In this document: one piece after another, positions 9,186 to 17,806 of the stretch
How the letters are laid out: every line of letters starts with the position of its first letter
Position numbering within the stretch: the stretch's first letter is position 1
NCBI GenBank assembly: GCA_026625185.1
Contig: CP113000.1
Coordinates: 2,175,622 to 2,207,621, forward strand
DNA: 32,000 nt
Origin: Thermodesulfobacteriota bacterium
GTDB taxonomy: Bacteria; Desulfobacterota; WTBG01; JAGOGO01
Direction: 5' to 3'
Position numbers and translations under genes: made by a program
The notes under the pieces: model-generated
Told to the model about the DNA's origin: nothing
Databases searched by the model: none
What the model saw: the letters and a program-made list of their open reading frames with translations, nothing else

Positions 9186-12100
9186 CTAAAGAGCTGCTGC
9201 TGAATTTTGATTATACCCTTTTGTCGAAGAAAGTAATTGATAGTGATTGATTTGATACATTTTATCAATGGAGGAAAAACATAATACCTCTCTTCGCATC
9301 GGTTTTTGACTTTGGGCACCCACGATAAAGTGTGCCTTTCGGTTTTCCGTTAAGAAACCAGTGGAAAAAAGCAGCCCCCCCCCGGTTGCGGTCTCGTTCC
9401 AGCAAAACGAGCCCCGCTCACCGATTTCCGTAATTCTTTTGTAGAGTGGATTCAATCCAGCGATCTCGCTACGAATCGTTTTAATTGACAGCCCTGGTTT
9501 CCCTGAAGCCTGAGCGTAAAGCGCGGAAAGAATTTCAACCCCGGTTTTTCCTGCCGGAGGATCAAAGACCCTTGTAAAACCCTGCACTCTCCGGTCTTGC
9601 GAAGTTACGCTGCCCTCAGATTCTGCATACGCTGATCCCGGAATGGTTGTATGGGCAAAATTAGTCGTCTCCGTTTGAAACATATCTACCACGACAACAT
9701 GCTCGGCCTGAGTCAGAAGCGCTGCATATTCTGTATTAATAGCAAAATCCTCGCCGAAAATCAAAAATCCTTTAATGGAGCCATTGAGCATTAAGTCTCT
9801 CAGCTCAGGGAACGATCTTGCTCCCCGGAGAGTGTTTTTCCTTGAAAGTTTGTTGTTTTCCTGCACCGCATAGGGTGTGGCGCCGAGGTCTCTATGCCCC
9901 TGATAGTTGCTGTGCTCATGAGTAAACATCAGGCCGTTATTATCCTTCCCGATTTTACCGGTCAAAACTAAGAGATTGGCGAGAGCCTGTAGGTCTCCGG
10001 GAGATTTTTCCAATAAAGAGCCCTCGTTGTAAACAAAGACCACGTTTTTATCCGGATCAGAGACCAGGTCGGCAAATCGTTGGATTTTGTATTTATCGAC
10101 CCCGGTTATTTCAGCTGCTCTTGAAATTGAAATCGAGAGTTGCTTCTTAAATTCAGAAAAGTTATCAGCACGTCTGGTTACCTCGGCAGCATCAAATCTT
10201 TCGTGTTTGATTATTTCCGAGATAGCGGCGTTAAGAAGCATAGTGTTGGTTCCCCGCCGAGTATCGAGCCACATGGCGGCAAATTTGTTTATCTCGAGTT
10301 CCATGGAGCTTATCGAAATAATTTCCGCGCCTTTGCGCGCCGCTCGTTTGATATCGAAACTCAGCACCGGGTTATCTTCCGTAACATTGGAATTGAGCAT
10401 TACGATTACATCGGCATCTTTTACCTGCCGGAGCGGCAACATTGAAGCTGTAATCCCAAACGCCTTATACAAGTCTCCGTTATCGTCAGGGCGGGTTAGA
10501 TCGTACAAGCTAGCTATATTGTTCGAGTTAAATACGTCACGGGCTAGTTTCTGCACCATAAAAACTTCTTCGTTGGTTGCCTTGGGAGAAACAAAAAAAC
10601 CGAGTGCTTCCGGCCCATACTTTTCGTAAACCGCTTTCAGTCCGTTAGCCGCATGGTTGATAGCATACTCAAGATTCGTGGCTTTTTGCTTGTTGCCGTC
10701 ACGCACCTTTGGCTCAGATAAACGGTTTTCTTTAATGATGTGCCGATGGCCGAAACGCCCTCGCATGCATAATTCGCCGGTTATATAGCGGGATTCTTTT
10801 TTTGCGGTCACATTCCAAAAATCATCATCTTTTTTATTGTAGACAATATTGCAGCCAATACCGCAATAGTTACAGACCGATTCGAGGTGCATTGGGTTCT
10901 GAGGCCACGGTCTTTCAAAAGGATGGTTGAAAGATATCGCCCCGGTTGGACATGTCTCAATACAATTTCCGCATGCAATACAGGTGGTGTCCTGAAGCGG
11001 TTTTTCCATGGAAGGGCGAACAACCATGTCATAGCCCCGGTTAATATAGCCCAAAGCAGACAGACCAAGAAGCATGTCACAGGTACGAACGCATTTTCCG
11101 CAGAGAATGCATTTATTGGGGTCGAGAAGAATATATGGGTGCCGATCATCAACCTTGAGTTTCTTCACCGTGCCCCCATACCTTTTTTGATTGACGTCAT
11201 ATTCCCCGGCCAACTTTTTTAGCTCGCAGGTAAAAAGATCGGAGCAGCCGCAAAAAAGACAGCGCGAAGTTTCGGTGGGCACAGCGCCGGGAGCGATACC
11301 TTTATCACCCTCATCAAAATTGTTCACGCGGATCTCCGCTTCAACTTGCTGCATAGAAGATCTATCTATCTTTGCAAAACTCTCAAAGTAGTTTTTGGGA
11401 ATTTCGCCCAGATTTGTTTTACTGCTCAGGAATTCCGCCGGCGCAGGAAGAATCTCGCCGCTTTGGATATAACGGTCAATAACCATCGCCGCTTTGCGCC
11501 CTGCGCCGATAGCATCAATGGCGGCCGCCGGACCGGAGACAACATCACCGCCGGCAAAAACCCCTTTTATAGTGGTCGCGAACGTTTTTTCATCGGCAAC
11601 GATGGTATCCCATTTTGTTGCTTTAAGGTCACCGAGAGCATTTCCTTTTATTCCGGTTAAATCGCTATCCTGTCCGATGGCCGCAATGATGGTATTACAA
11701 ATTACGTCATATTCCGAGCCCTCAACGGGAACGGGTCGGCGGCGTCCACTCGCATCAGGTTCGCCGAGTTCCATCTTTTGGCAGCGCAAAGATTTAACTC
11801 TTCCGTTTTCCGCGATCACCCCCAGCGGTGCCACTAAAAATTCAATTTCCACTCCTTCTGCCAGTGCATCTTCAATTTCCACTTCATCAGCAGGCATTTC
11901 GTGACGGGTTCGGCGGTAAAGGATCGAAACCTTTGATGCCTTGCAACGCAATGCTGTCCGGGCAGCATCGATTGCGGTATTACCGCCTCCCAAAACGACT
12001 ACGTGTCCTTTAAATTCCGGAGGACCTTGTTTTTTAACTCTTTCAAGAAAGTCTACCCCGCCGACAACACCTTCGGTTTCTTCTTTTTCTATTCCCATCT

Positions 12101-12983
12101 TTTTGGCTTTTGGAGCACCCAGCGCAACAAAAATTGAGTCAAAACCTTCTTTCTTTAAATCGTCCAGGGTGAAATCTTTACCCAGTCGGGTGTTGGTCTG
12201 GACCTCAATCCCATGATCTACGATGTACTGGATTTCTTTATCGAGCATATTTTGGGGGAGGCGATAGTCAGGAATTCCATATCTCAACATGCCTCCCAGC
12301 TTTGGGTGGGCATCGAATATTTTTATTTTGTAACCGCGCTTGGCTAAAAAATACCCGCAGGAAAGCCCTCCCGGACCTCCTCCGACAATTGCCACTTTAA
12401 AGCCGTTTTGTTGCGGAATGGTTGGTCTTTCAAGGTGGTCGGATTCAAGATCAGCGACATACCGCTTCACAAAATTGATTGCTACCGGAGAATCCACTTC
12501 TTTTCTTCGGCAGGCGGCCTCACAATACCGCACACAGATGCGTCCGCAAACAAGCGGTAAGGGATTTGTTTCCCGGATAAGTTCAAGTGCTTCCTTGTAT
12601 TTGCCGGCGTTTGCTAAAGCTAGGTAGCCCTGGGGGTTGACATCCGCGGGACATTTTTCGTAGCAGGGTCCCCGGCAGTCGGCAAAGTGGTTGGAAAGAA
12701 GTAATTCCAGAGCGTTTTTTCTGGCGTTATATATTTTTTCATTATTGGTCTTAATTATCATCCCGTCACGGGCCTCGGTGGTACACGACAGCAGAAGTTT
12801 GTCGATTCCTTCCACTTCAACCACACAAAGCAAACACGAACCATAAGGCTCAAGGCGCGGGTCGTAACAAAGCGTGGGAATTTCTATATTATTTTCCCGG
12901 GCCACCGTGAGGATTGTTTTTCCCGGTTCGCATATTATCTCTTTTTCATCTATAGCAAGTTTGATTTGATTTCTCTTTTCCAT
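9186..12983 (-). CDS. 1265-aa FeS-flavoprotein fusion: N-terminal [2Fe-2S] ferredoxin domain + GltD-like NAD(P)H/FAD module + NuoG/HydA-type 4Fe-4S region + molybdopterin-oxidoreductase-like domain lacking the Mo-ligand motif
   Basis: Residues 1-80 resemble NuoG/HydA-type [2Fe-2S] (CYDPRLEPYGSCLLCVVEV). The GltD N-terminal FeS region is CRGPCYEKCP...NPLPLVCGRICVRYCEAACRR, followed by Rossmann motifs VAIVGGGPGGLSCG and VVVLGGGNTAIDAA. Next come CLFCGCSDLFTCEL, CILCGKCVRTC and CIACGNCIETCP, then the Molybdop_Fe4S4-like CNYCGIGCN...GELCMRGRF. Where FdhA has xxC(U)H, the sequence reads NNIASLYDLTRPDD. Confidence 0.85.
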   Translation of the reverse strand: MEKRNQIKLAIDEKEIICEPGKTILTVARENNIEIPTLCYDPRLEPYGSCLLCVVEVEGIDKLLLSCTTEARDGMIIKTNNEKIYNARKNALELLLSNHFADCRGPCYEKCPADVNPQGYLALANAGKYKEALELIRETNPLPLVCGRICVRYCEAACRRKEVDSPVAINFVKRYVADLESDHLERPTIPQQNGFKVAIVGGGPGGLSCGYFLAKRGYKIKIFDAHPKLGGMLRYGIPDYRLPQNMLDKEIQYIVDHGIEVQTNTRLGKDFTLDDLKKEGFDSIFVALGAPKAKKMGIEKEETEGVVGGVDFLERVKKQGPPEFKGHVVVLGGGNTAIDAARTALRCKASKVSILYRRTRHEMPADEVEIEDALAEGVEIEFLVAPLGVIAENGRVKSLRCQKMELGEPDASGRRRPVPVEGSEYDVICNTIIAAIGQDSDLTGIKGNALGDLKATKWDTIVADEKTFATTIKGVFAGGDVVSGPAAAIDAIGAGRKAAMVIDRYIQSGEILPAPAEFLSSKTNLGEIPKNYFESFAKIDRSSMQQVEAEIRVNNFDEGDKGIAPGAVPTETSRCLFCGCSDLFTCELKKLAGEYDVNQKRYGGTVKKLKVDDRHPYILLDPNKCILCGKCVRTCDMLLGLSALGYINRGYDMVVRPSMEKPLQDTTCIACGNCIETCPTGAISFNHPFERPWPQNPMHLESVCNYCGIGCNIVYNKKDDDFWNVTAKKESRYITGELCMRGRFGHRHIIKENRLSEPKVRDGNKQKATNLEYAINHAANGLKAVYEKYGPEALGFFVSPKATNEEVFMVQKLARDVFNSNNIASLYDLTRPDDNGDLYKAFGITASMLPLRQVKDADVIVMLNSNVTEDNPVLSFDIKRAARKGAEIISISSMELEINKFAAMWLDTRRGTNTMLLNAAISEIIKHERFDAAEVTRRADNFSEFKKQLSISISRAAEITGVDKYKIQRFADLVSDPDKNVVFVYNEGSLLEKSPGDLQALANLLVLTGKIGKDNNGLMFTHEHSNYQGHRDLGATPYAVQENNKLSRKNTLRGARSFPELRDLMLNGSIKGFLIFGEDFAINTEYAALLTQAEHVVVVDMFQTETTNFAHTTIPGSAYAESEGSVTSQDRRVQGFTRVFDPPAGKTGVEILSALYAQASGKPGLSIKTIRSEIAGLNPLYKRITEIGERGSFCWNETATGGGLLFSTGFLTENRKAHFIVGAQSQKPMRREVLCFSSIDKMYQINHYQLLSSTKGYNQNSAAAL

Positions 12984-12997
12984 TTTATTCGTATCCT

Positions 12998-14767
12998 TTA
13001 CTCTTTATAGATTGCATCAAAATTACAGGTGGTAATACATTTTCCACATTTTATGCATTTATCCCGGTCAACCTTATGGGCTTTCTTTTTAACCCCGGTT
13101 ATTGCTCCTGCCGGACAATTACCGGCACAAAGAGTACAGCCGGTACATTTTGTTGCATCAACGAGGTACATTACCAAGGAAGAACAGCTATGCGCCGGGC
13201 ATCGTTTGTTTTTGATGTGCTCTTCGTATTCTTCGCGGAAATAATTCATCGTCGTCAGTGCCGGGTTTGGTGCCGTTTGTCCCAGTCCGCACTGGGCGGT
13301 AGCTTTTATCTGCTCGCCCAACTCCTTAAGCACATCGAGATCCTCGTCTTTTCCTTGGCCGGCGACAATGCGTTCAAGGATTTCCAGCATTCGAAGGGTT
13401 CCAATGCGACAACTGGTGCACTTGCCGCATGATTCTTTCTGGGTGAATTCTAAAAAAAACCGGGCCAGTTCCACCATACAGGTTGATTCGTCAACGACAA
13501 TCATCCCCCCTGAACCCATAATCGCCCCGGTTTTATTTATTTGTTGATAGTCTATCTGGGTATTGCCCAAAGCAGCGGGGATACAACCGCCCGAAGGCCC
13601 CCCCATTTGGACGCCCTTAAATTTTTTGTCATTAACAATTCCCCCGCAGATGTCGAAGATTATCTCGTTAATGGTGATACCCATAGGAACCTCGACCAGA
13701 CCACTGCGCTTTATTTTGCCGGCCATGGCAAAAACTTTGGTGCCTTTGCTGTCATCTGTTCCCATGGCGGCAAACTTTTCCGGTCCGTTCAAAATTATCC
13801 AGGGCAGATTGGCAAGGGTTTCAACGTTGTTGATATTTGTCGGCTTGCCCCATATTCCTTTGACTGCGGGATAAGGTGGGCGAATTCGCGGGGTTCCGCG
13901 ATGACCTTCGATCGAAGCAATGAGAGCAGTTTCTTCGCCGCAGACAAAAGCTCCCGCGCCCTCTTTTATTTTAAGGTGGAACGAAAAGTTAGTGCCGAAA
14001 ATATTATCGCCAAGGAAACCCCTTTTCGTGGCTTCCCCGATTGCGTTCACAAGTCTTACAATCGCTCGGGGATATTCGGCTCGGCAATAGATATATCCTT
14101 CAGAAGCTCCGATAGCGTAGCCGCAGATAAGCATTCCTTCGAGCACCGAATTCGGGTCGCCTTCGAGAACGCTCCGGTCCATAAATGCTCCCGGATCACC
14201 TTCGTCAGCGTTACAGACTACATATTTTATGTCGCTGGGCGATTGGGCGGCGAATTTCCATTTGACTCCGGTAAGAAAACCAGCTCCGCCGCGACCGCGA
14301 ATCCCCGAATCAGTGACCGCCTTTATCACCTCGTCCGGAGTCATGTTGGTTAGTACTTTTTTTATAGCCTGGTAGCCATCGCGGGCAAGATAATCGTCTA
14401 TGGACATCGGATCAATATGACCGCAGTTGCGAAGGACAATACGTTTTTGTTTGGCCAAAAAATTTTTTTCTGTTCCTTCTTGATAATCGAGAAGAGCAAG
14501 AAATTCGTCTACCGGCTTGTGCTGCAGGACATGCTCATTGAAGATGCGCTGGGCTTTTTCCTGGGTAACGTCACCATAAAGGAATTTACCCGCTCCATTC
14601 TTTACTTCCACCAGGACTTCCTTGTAACACATCCCCATACAACCGGTTTCCGCAAGCTTTATGTTTTTTAATCCTTTTTCAGCGATGAGGAGCTGAAATT
14701 CATTCAGCACCTTGTCCGCCCCCGCTGATATTCCACACGTTGCGGTTCCAATGGTAATTGTATACAC
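12998..14767 (-). CDS. NuoF/HydB-like NAD(H)-binding FMN/FeS subunit with N-terminal thioredoxin-like [2Fe-2S] and C-terminal 2x[4Fe-4S] extensions
   Basis: 589 aa. FMN/NADH motifs RGRGGAGFLTGVKW and CNADEGDPGAF. N3-type cluster motif ESCGKCTSCRIG. C-terminal CTGCTLCAGNCP and CIKCGKCITTC. Confidence 0.92.
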   Translation of the reverse strand: MYTITIGTATCGISAGADKVLNEFQLLIAEKGLKNIKLAETGCMGMCYKEVLVEVKNGAGKFLYGDVTQEKAQRIFNEHVLQHKPVDEFLALLDYQEGTEKNFLAKQKRIVLRNCGHIDPMSIDDYLARDGYQAIKKVLTNMTPDEVIKAVTDSGIRGRGGAGFLTGVKWKFAAQSPSDIKYVVCNADEGDPGAFMDRSVLEGDPNSVLEGMLICGYAIGASEGYIYCRAEYPRAIVRLVNAIGEATKRGFLGDNIFGTNFSFHLKIKEGAGAFVCGEETALIASIEGHRGTPRIRPPYPAVKGIWGKPTNINNVETLANLPWIILNGPEKFAAMGTDDSKGTKVFAMAGKIKRSGLVEVPMGITINEIIFDICGGIVNDKKFKGVQMGGPSGGCIPAALGNTQIDYQQINKTGAIMGSGGMIVVDESTCMVELARFFLEFTQKESCGKCTSCRIGTLRMLEILERIVAGQGKDEDLDVLKELGEQIKATAQCGLGQTAPNPALTTMNYFREEYEEHIKNKRCPAHSCSSLVMYLVDATKCTGCTLCAGNCPAGAITGVKKKAHKVDRDKCIKCGKCITTCNFDAIYKE

Positions 14768-14784
14768 TTCAGTATCCTCCGATT

Positions 14785-15309
14785 TTATTGACTTTTCGCT
14801 TCAGTTTTTTCTTGTTTTTGATATTTTCTGAGTGTTTTTCGCAGCTTTTGCGGCGTGAGCCTACCGTAGGTTTGATCATTAACCATAATCACCGGCGCCA
14901 GGCTACAACACCCGAGACAGGCGACCATTTCAAGGGTAAACAACCCATCTTCAGTAGTATCATTCCCCTCAAGCTGTAACTCATCTTCCACGATTTCTTT
15001 CAGGGTCTTTGCATTATTAACATGGCAGGCAGTGCCGTCACAGAGACGGATAAGATATTTGCCAAGGGGGCGAAGACGAAACTGTTTATAAAAAGTGATA
15101 ACACTGTAAATCTCGCTTTCCGGAATTCTGGTTACTCCGCTAATGTACTTGATAGTTGTCTCTGAGATATAACCGTACGTTTCTTGTGCGCTTTGTAAAA
15201 GCGGGATGAGCCTTCCCGGCTCATCCCGATAACGCCACAGTTCGGTGTTAAGTTTTGGAAAATTTATTGGTGTAATTTCTCGGGATTGTTCTACGATGTT
15301 CATAGTCAT
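14785..15309 (-). CDS. NuoE/HydC-like thioredoxin-fold [2Fe-2S] subunit
   Basis: 174 aa. Cysteine pattern LCDGTACHV ... VACLGCCSLAPV is typical of NuoE/HydC. Its stop lies 17 nt upstream of the NuoF-like start. Confidence 0.9.
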   Translation of the reverse strand: MTMNIVEQSREITPINFPKLNTELWRYRDEPGRLIPLLQSAQETYGYISETTIKYISGVTRIPESEIYSVITFYKQFRLRPLGKYLIRLCDGTACHVNNAKTLKEIVEDELQLEGNDTTEDGLFTLEMVACLGCCSLAPVIMVNDQTYGRLTPQKLRKTLRKYQKQEKTEAKSQ

Positions 15310-15348
15310 TCCTCTTTTGTGTGCAATTACAGATTTTTCTCTTCAGTT

Positions 15349-16362
15349 TTACATCTCAAACAGGTTCATTACGTTTAACGCTTTGGTTCTTACTATTCCA
15401 TCAATGGAGCCAATTTTTTCCCGAACCAACCTTTCCATTTCATTAAAGGTAGCGCTCTGAATGAGAAGGATAAGATCATATTTCCCTTTGGTGGTATCAC
15501 AAGAGACCACATTGTCCAAGAAATAGAGTTTCGGGTAGATCTCGTTGAAGCGGGATTTCTCCACCTCAATAAGCACATAGGCCGACAGAGAAGAGGGTAC
15601 CCGTTTCGGTTTGTTGCCCTGGGGAGAGAGGCTCTTCTGCTTTTCGTAATCATTGATGAAATCCTGAATGCCGGTTGCCAGTTTTGGTTTTGCAACCGTG
15701 CAGTAAACAACCTCTTCAATGTCGGCCAGAATTTTGATTTTTGTTTGAATAATATGGTCGAGCTCCGCCGGGGTGGCTGCGTTAAGGAGCAGGACAATAT
15801 CAAAAGAATTTCTAACCGCGTCGCAATAAAATACATTGTCCATGAAATATAATTTATTAAATACACCTAACAAATCTCGACCTTCTGTTACCTTAATCAG
15901 GGCGTAGGCGCTTACCGAAGTCTTAAGAGCTGGTTCGGCGATGGCTTGTGGAAAGTACACTTTGGGAGGGGCAACTTTTCCCAAAACATCGGCCAAGTCG
16001 TCCGCTAAAAAGGGTTTGGAAAGATAACCGTCGCCATGTCGGGCAGTAACTTCATCAGCAGTTACTTCGGTCCCATAGCCGGTAATGATTATGACCGGAA
16101 GGTTAGGGTACTTGCTTTTAATGACTTCAAGCAGTTTTAATCCATTGATATCCGGCAGAACCATGTCAGTGATTACGTAGCTGTAGGGTGCGCCCTTGTG
16201 GTAGCTTGATTCGATCTGAGCAAGAGCGGAAAGCCCGTCTTCAGCATCATCAATAGAAAAACCATGCTGGGTTAAACCGACATGCAGGTTACGTCTGATT
16301 CCCGCTTCGTCATCAACGATGAGTACTTTTTTTTCTTCTAAGTTCATATTTTTCATTTTCAT
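15349..16362 (-). CDS. Response-regulator receiver domain fused to two tandem Lrp/AsnC-type ligand-binding (RAM-like) domains; no DNA-binding domain seen
   Basis: 337 aa. REC motifs VLIVDDEAG, YVITDMVLPDINGL and YLSKPF. Two internally homologous ~80-aa segments follow: SVSAYALIKVTEGRDLLGVFNKLYFMDNVFYCDAVRNSFDIVLLLNAATPAELDHII... and SLSAYVLIEVEKSRFNEIYPKLYFLDNVVSCDTTKGKYDLILLIQSATFNEMERLV... Both match the AFVLIKV...V..v..vtG.yDlil.v pattern of AsnC_trans_reg domains. The likely start is one of the ATGs at 16362 or 16356. Confidence 0.75.
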   Translation of the reverse strand: MKMKNMNLEEKKVLIVDDEAGIRRNLHVGLTQHGFSIDDAEDGLSALAQIESSYHKGAPYSYVITDMVLPDINGLKLLEVIKSKYPNLPVIIITGYGTEVTADEVTARHGDGYLSKPFLADDLADVLGKVAPPKVYFPQAIAEPALKTSVSAYALIKVTEGRDLLGVFNKLYFMDNVFYCDAVRNSFDIVLLLNAATPAELDHIIQTKIKILADIEEVVYCTVAKPKLATGIQDFINDYEKQKSLSPQGNKPKRVPSSLSAYVLIEVEKSRFNEIYPKLYFLDNVVSCDTTKGKYDLILLIQSATFNEMERLVREKIGSIDGIVRTKALNVMNLFEM

Positions 16363-16440
16363 ACCTCCTTATATGATATTGGTTTTATTTCGTTTCTTAA
16401 AATTTATTTACATGCATGTTCTTTTCGTCCATACACTACA

Positions 16441-16456
16441 GCAAAGGATATGCCAA
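16441..16456 (-). promoter_or_regulatory. Sigma-54 (-24/-12) promoter for the operon starting at 16362
   Basis: The minus strand reads TTGGCATATCCTTTGCT, that is TGGCAT-N5-TTGC with exact GG-N10-GC spacing, against the consensus TGGCAC-N5-TTGCW. It lies about 80 nt upstream of the ATG, and the same operon ends with a sigma-54 activator. Confidence 0.6.
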
Positions 16457-16544
16457 TATTAAAAAAACTAATAATTATATAATTATTTTAAATAGTTATT
16501 GATAACAAGTGATAAAAAGCGGGCCCTTTAAAACCAGGTCTTTC

Positions 16545-16642
16545 TGTTAATAAATTTAACACTAAAAAGTATGACCATGAATTTATCTTATAGATCTCAG
16601 TAGTTTTGTGTATATTCCGGCTAAGTGTAAGTTTTATTAACA
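16545..16642. promoter_or_regulatory. Two TGT-N11-ACA palindromes, candidate enhancer (UAS) sites for a sigma-54 activator
   Basis: TGTTAATAAATTTAACA at 16545-16561 (perfect 6-bp arms) and TGTAAGTTTTATTAACA at 16626-16642, with centres 81 bp apart, about 90-190 bp upstream of the -24 element. The assignment is inference only. Confidence 0.3.
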
Positions 16643-16880
16643 AGCGGTCATCATAATCAAAAGAGACAAAAATATGTTTATGAAGGGTTTAAGATAATAT
16701 GGTTTTCAGACAGGACTCTTTAGATATTATTAATATTCTTTGTCGGTCATTTTTTTGAAAAACAACCTTGACAATTTAATCCTTATTGTATAGGAATAAT
16801 TCTTCAAAATTATAGATAGTTTTTTGAAGTCGAGTTCGTTTGAAAAGTGGTTTTGTGCTTCAGATTACAAGGATAAGGTT

Positions 16881-17495
16881 GTGCGGATATATTTGATCAG
16901 ACATGGGGAAATAGAATCAAACGTTAAAAAGATTTATGCGGGAACAAGTGAAGAGTCCCTGAATCCGAACGGAGAACGGCAGGTTGTTCTCCTTGTCTCT
17001 CGTTTAGAAGGAAAAGGCATTAGCCGAATATACACCAGCCCTTTAACCCGTGCGGTTGAGACCGCAAAAATTTTGAGTCAAAAATTAAAAATACCGGTGA
17101 TTGTTGAAAAAGAGCTTCGAGAAATCCTGCTTGGCCCTTTGGACGGGTTGTCGCATACCCAGGTTATAGCGCAGTACCCGAAGGTTTGGGAAATATGGAC
17201 CAAAACCCCTGCGGACCTAAGGCTGGAAGGTATGGAACCCCTTGAGTCCGTGCAACAAAGGATTCTTTCGGTTCTAAAAAAGTGGTCACTCAGTCATAGC
17301 GAGGAAACGATTGTTGCTGCCGTGACCCACCTGGCGGTGCTTCGGTGTTTACTTCTTTACTATCAAGGAAGGTCTTTAAACGACTACCGGCAAATAGAAA
17401 TTTTCAATGCGAATGCCTTTGCCTTTGACACGGAACTCCTGAGATCAGACCAAAAAGTGCATTTAAGACTGGTTGAAGAGATCCGCGATGTTTAG
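16881..17495 (+). CDS. Histidine phosphatase family protein (phosphoglycerate-mutase-like / CobC-like)
   Basis: RHG motif in IYLIRHGEIESN and the second catalytic His in VTHLAVLR. The ORF is open from a TTG at 16824. I prefer the GTG at 16881, which is preceded by AAGGA with 7-nt spacing. Confidence 0.8.
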   Translation: MRIYLIRHGEIESNVKKIYAGTSEESLNPNGERQVVLLVSRLEGKGISRIYTSPLTRAVETAKILSQKLKIPVIVEKELREILLGPLDGLSHTQVIAQYPKVWEIWTKTPADLRLEGMEPLESVQQRILSVLKKWSLSHSEETIVAAVTHLAVLRCLLLYYQGRSLNDYRQIEIFNANAFAFDTELLRSDQKVHLRLVEEIRDV

Positions 17496-17806
17496 TGCAG
17501 TTCACGATCTTTACCAAAATTTTGTGCTCGCCGTCGAATCATGCCATTAAGCTCTTTTCCTTTCAGACAGCGAGGGTTACCATTTTAAAACAAAAAGACG
17601 CGGAAACCGCGCCCCTGCTAATTCACTATTTTTTTCACACACCCGTCACTTTGTGACACCCATCTCAAGAGGGGAATTGCCCCCATGTCAGGGCATGCGG
17701 TGCTCTTGCAAGAATGCTGACAATTTGATAAAAAACCACATTAAAAAAAATACCCTCACCTTATTCCTCTGCCCGCCGAGGCTGGGTCACAATTCAAAAA
17801 CAGGGG

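Noticed and set aside
9375-9383. Homopolymer tracts inside coding regions (C9 at 9375-9383 in the large FeS gene; C8 at 20962-20969 in the XRE gene) as phase-variation switches
   Set aside because: Both simply encode Gly-rich stretches (GGG codons) near the C-termini. There is no evidence of length variation in a single sequence, and the metabolic gene context makes phase variation unlikely. They are worth noting only as possible sequencing-error hotspots.
9186-10880. Calling the C-terminal domain of the 1265-aa protein a formate dehydrogenase alpha subunit
   Set aside because: The segment that should carry the Sec/Cys-His Mo-ligand motif reads NNIASLYDLTRPDD, and the domain is shorter than catalytic FdhA. 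It is NuoG-like and degenerate. This judgement comes from alignment by eye only.
9186-14767. Many plus-strand ORFs of 60-270 aa (for example 10087-10629, 11494-11904, 13541-14353) overlapping the large minus-strand genes
   Set aside because: They are antisense shadows of strongly supported FeS-flavoprotein genes. Their sequences are low-complexity (S/P/A/R-rich) with no motifs, starts or SD sites.
15393-15866. 157-aa minus-strand ORF nested within the REC-RAM-RAM gene in another frame
   Set aside because: It is fully contained in a gene with clear domain signatures, and its own sequence has no motifs or SD.
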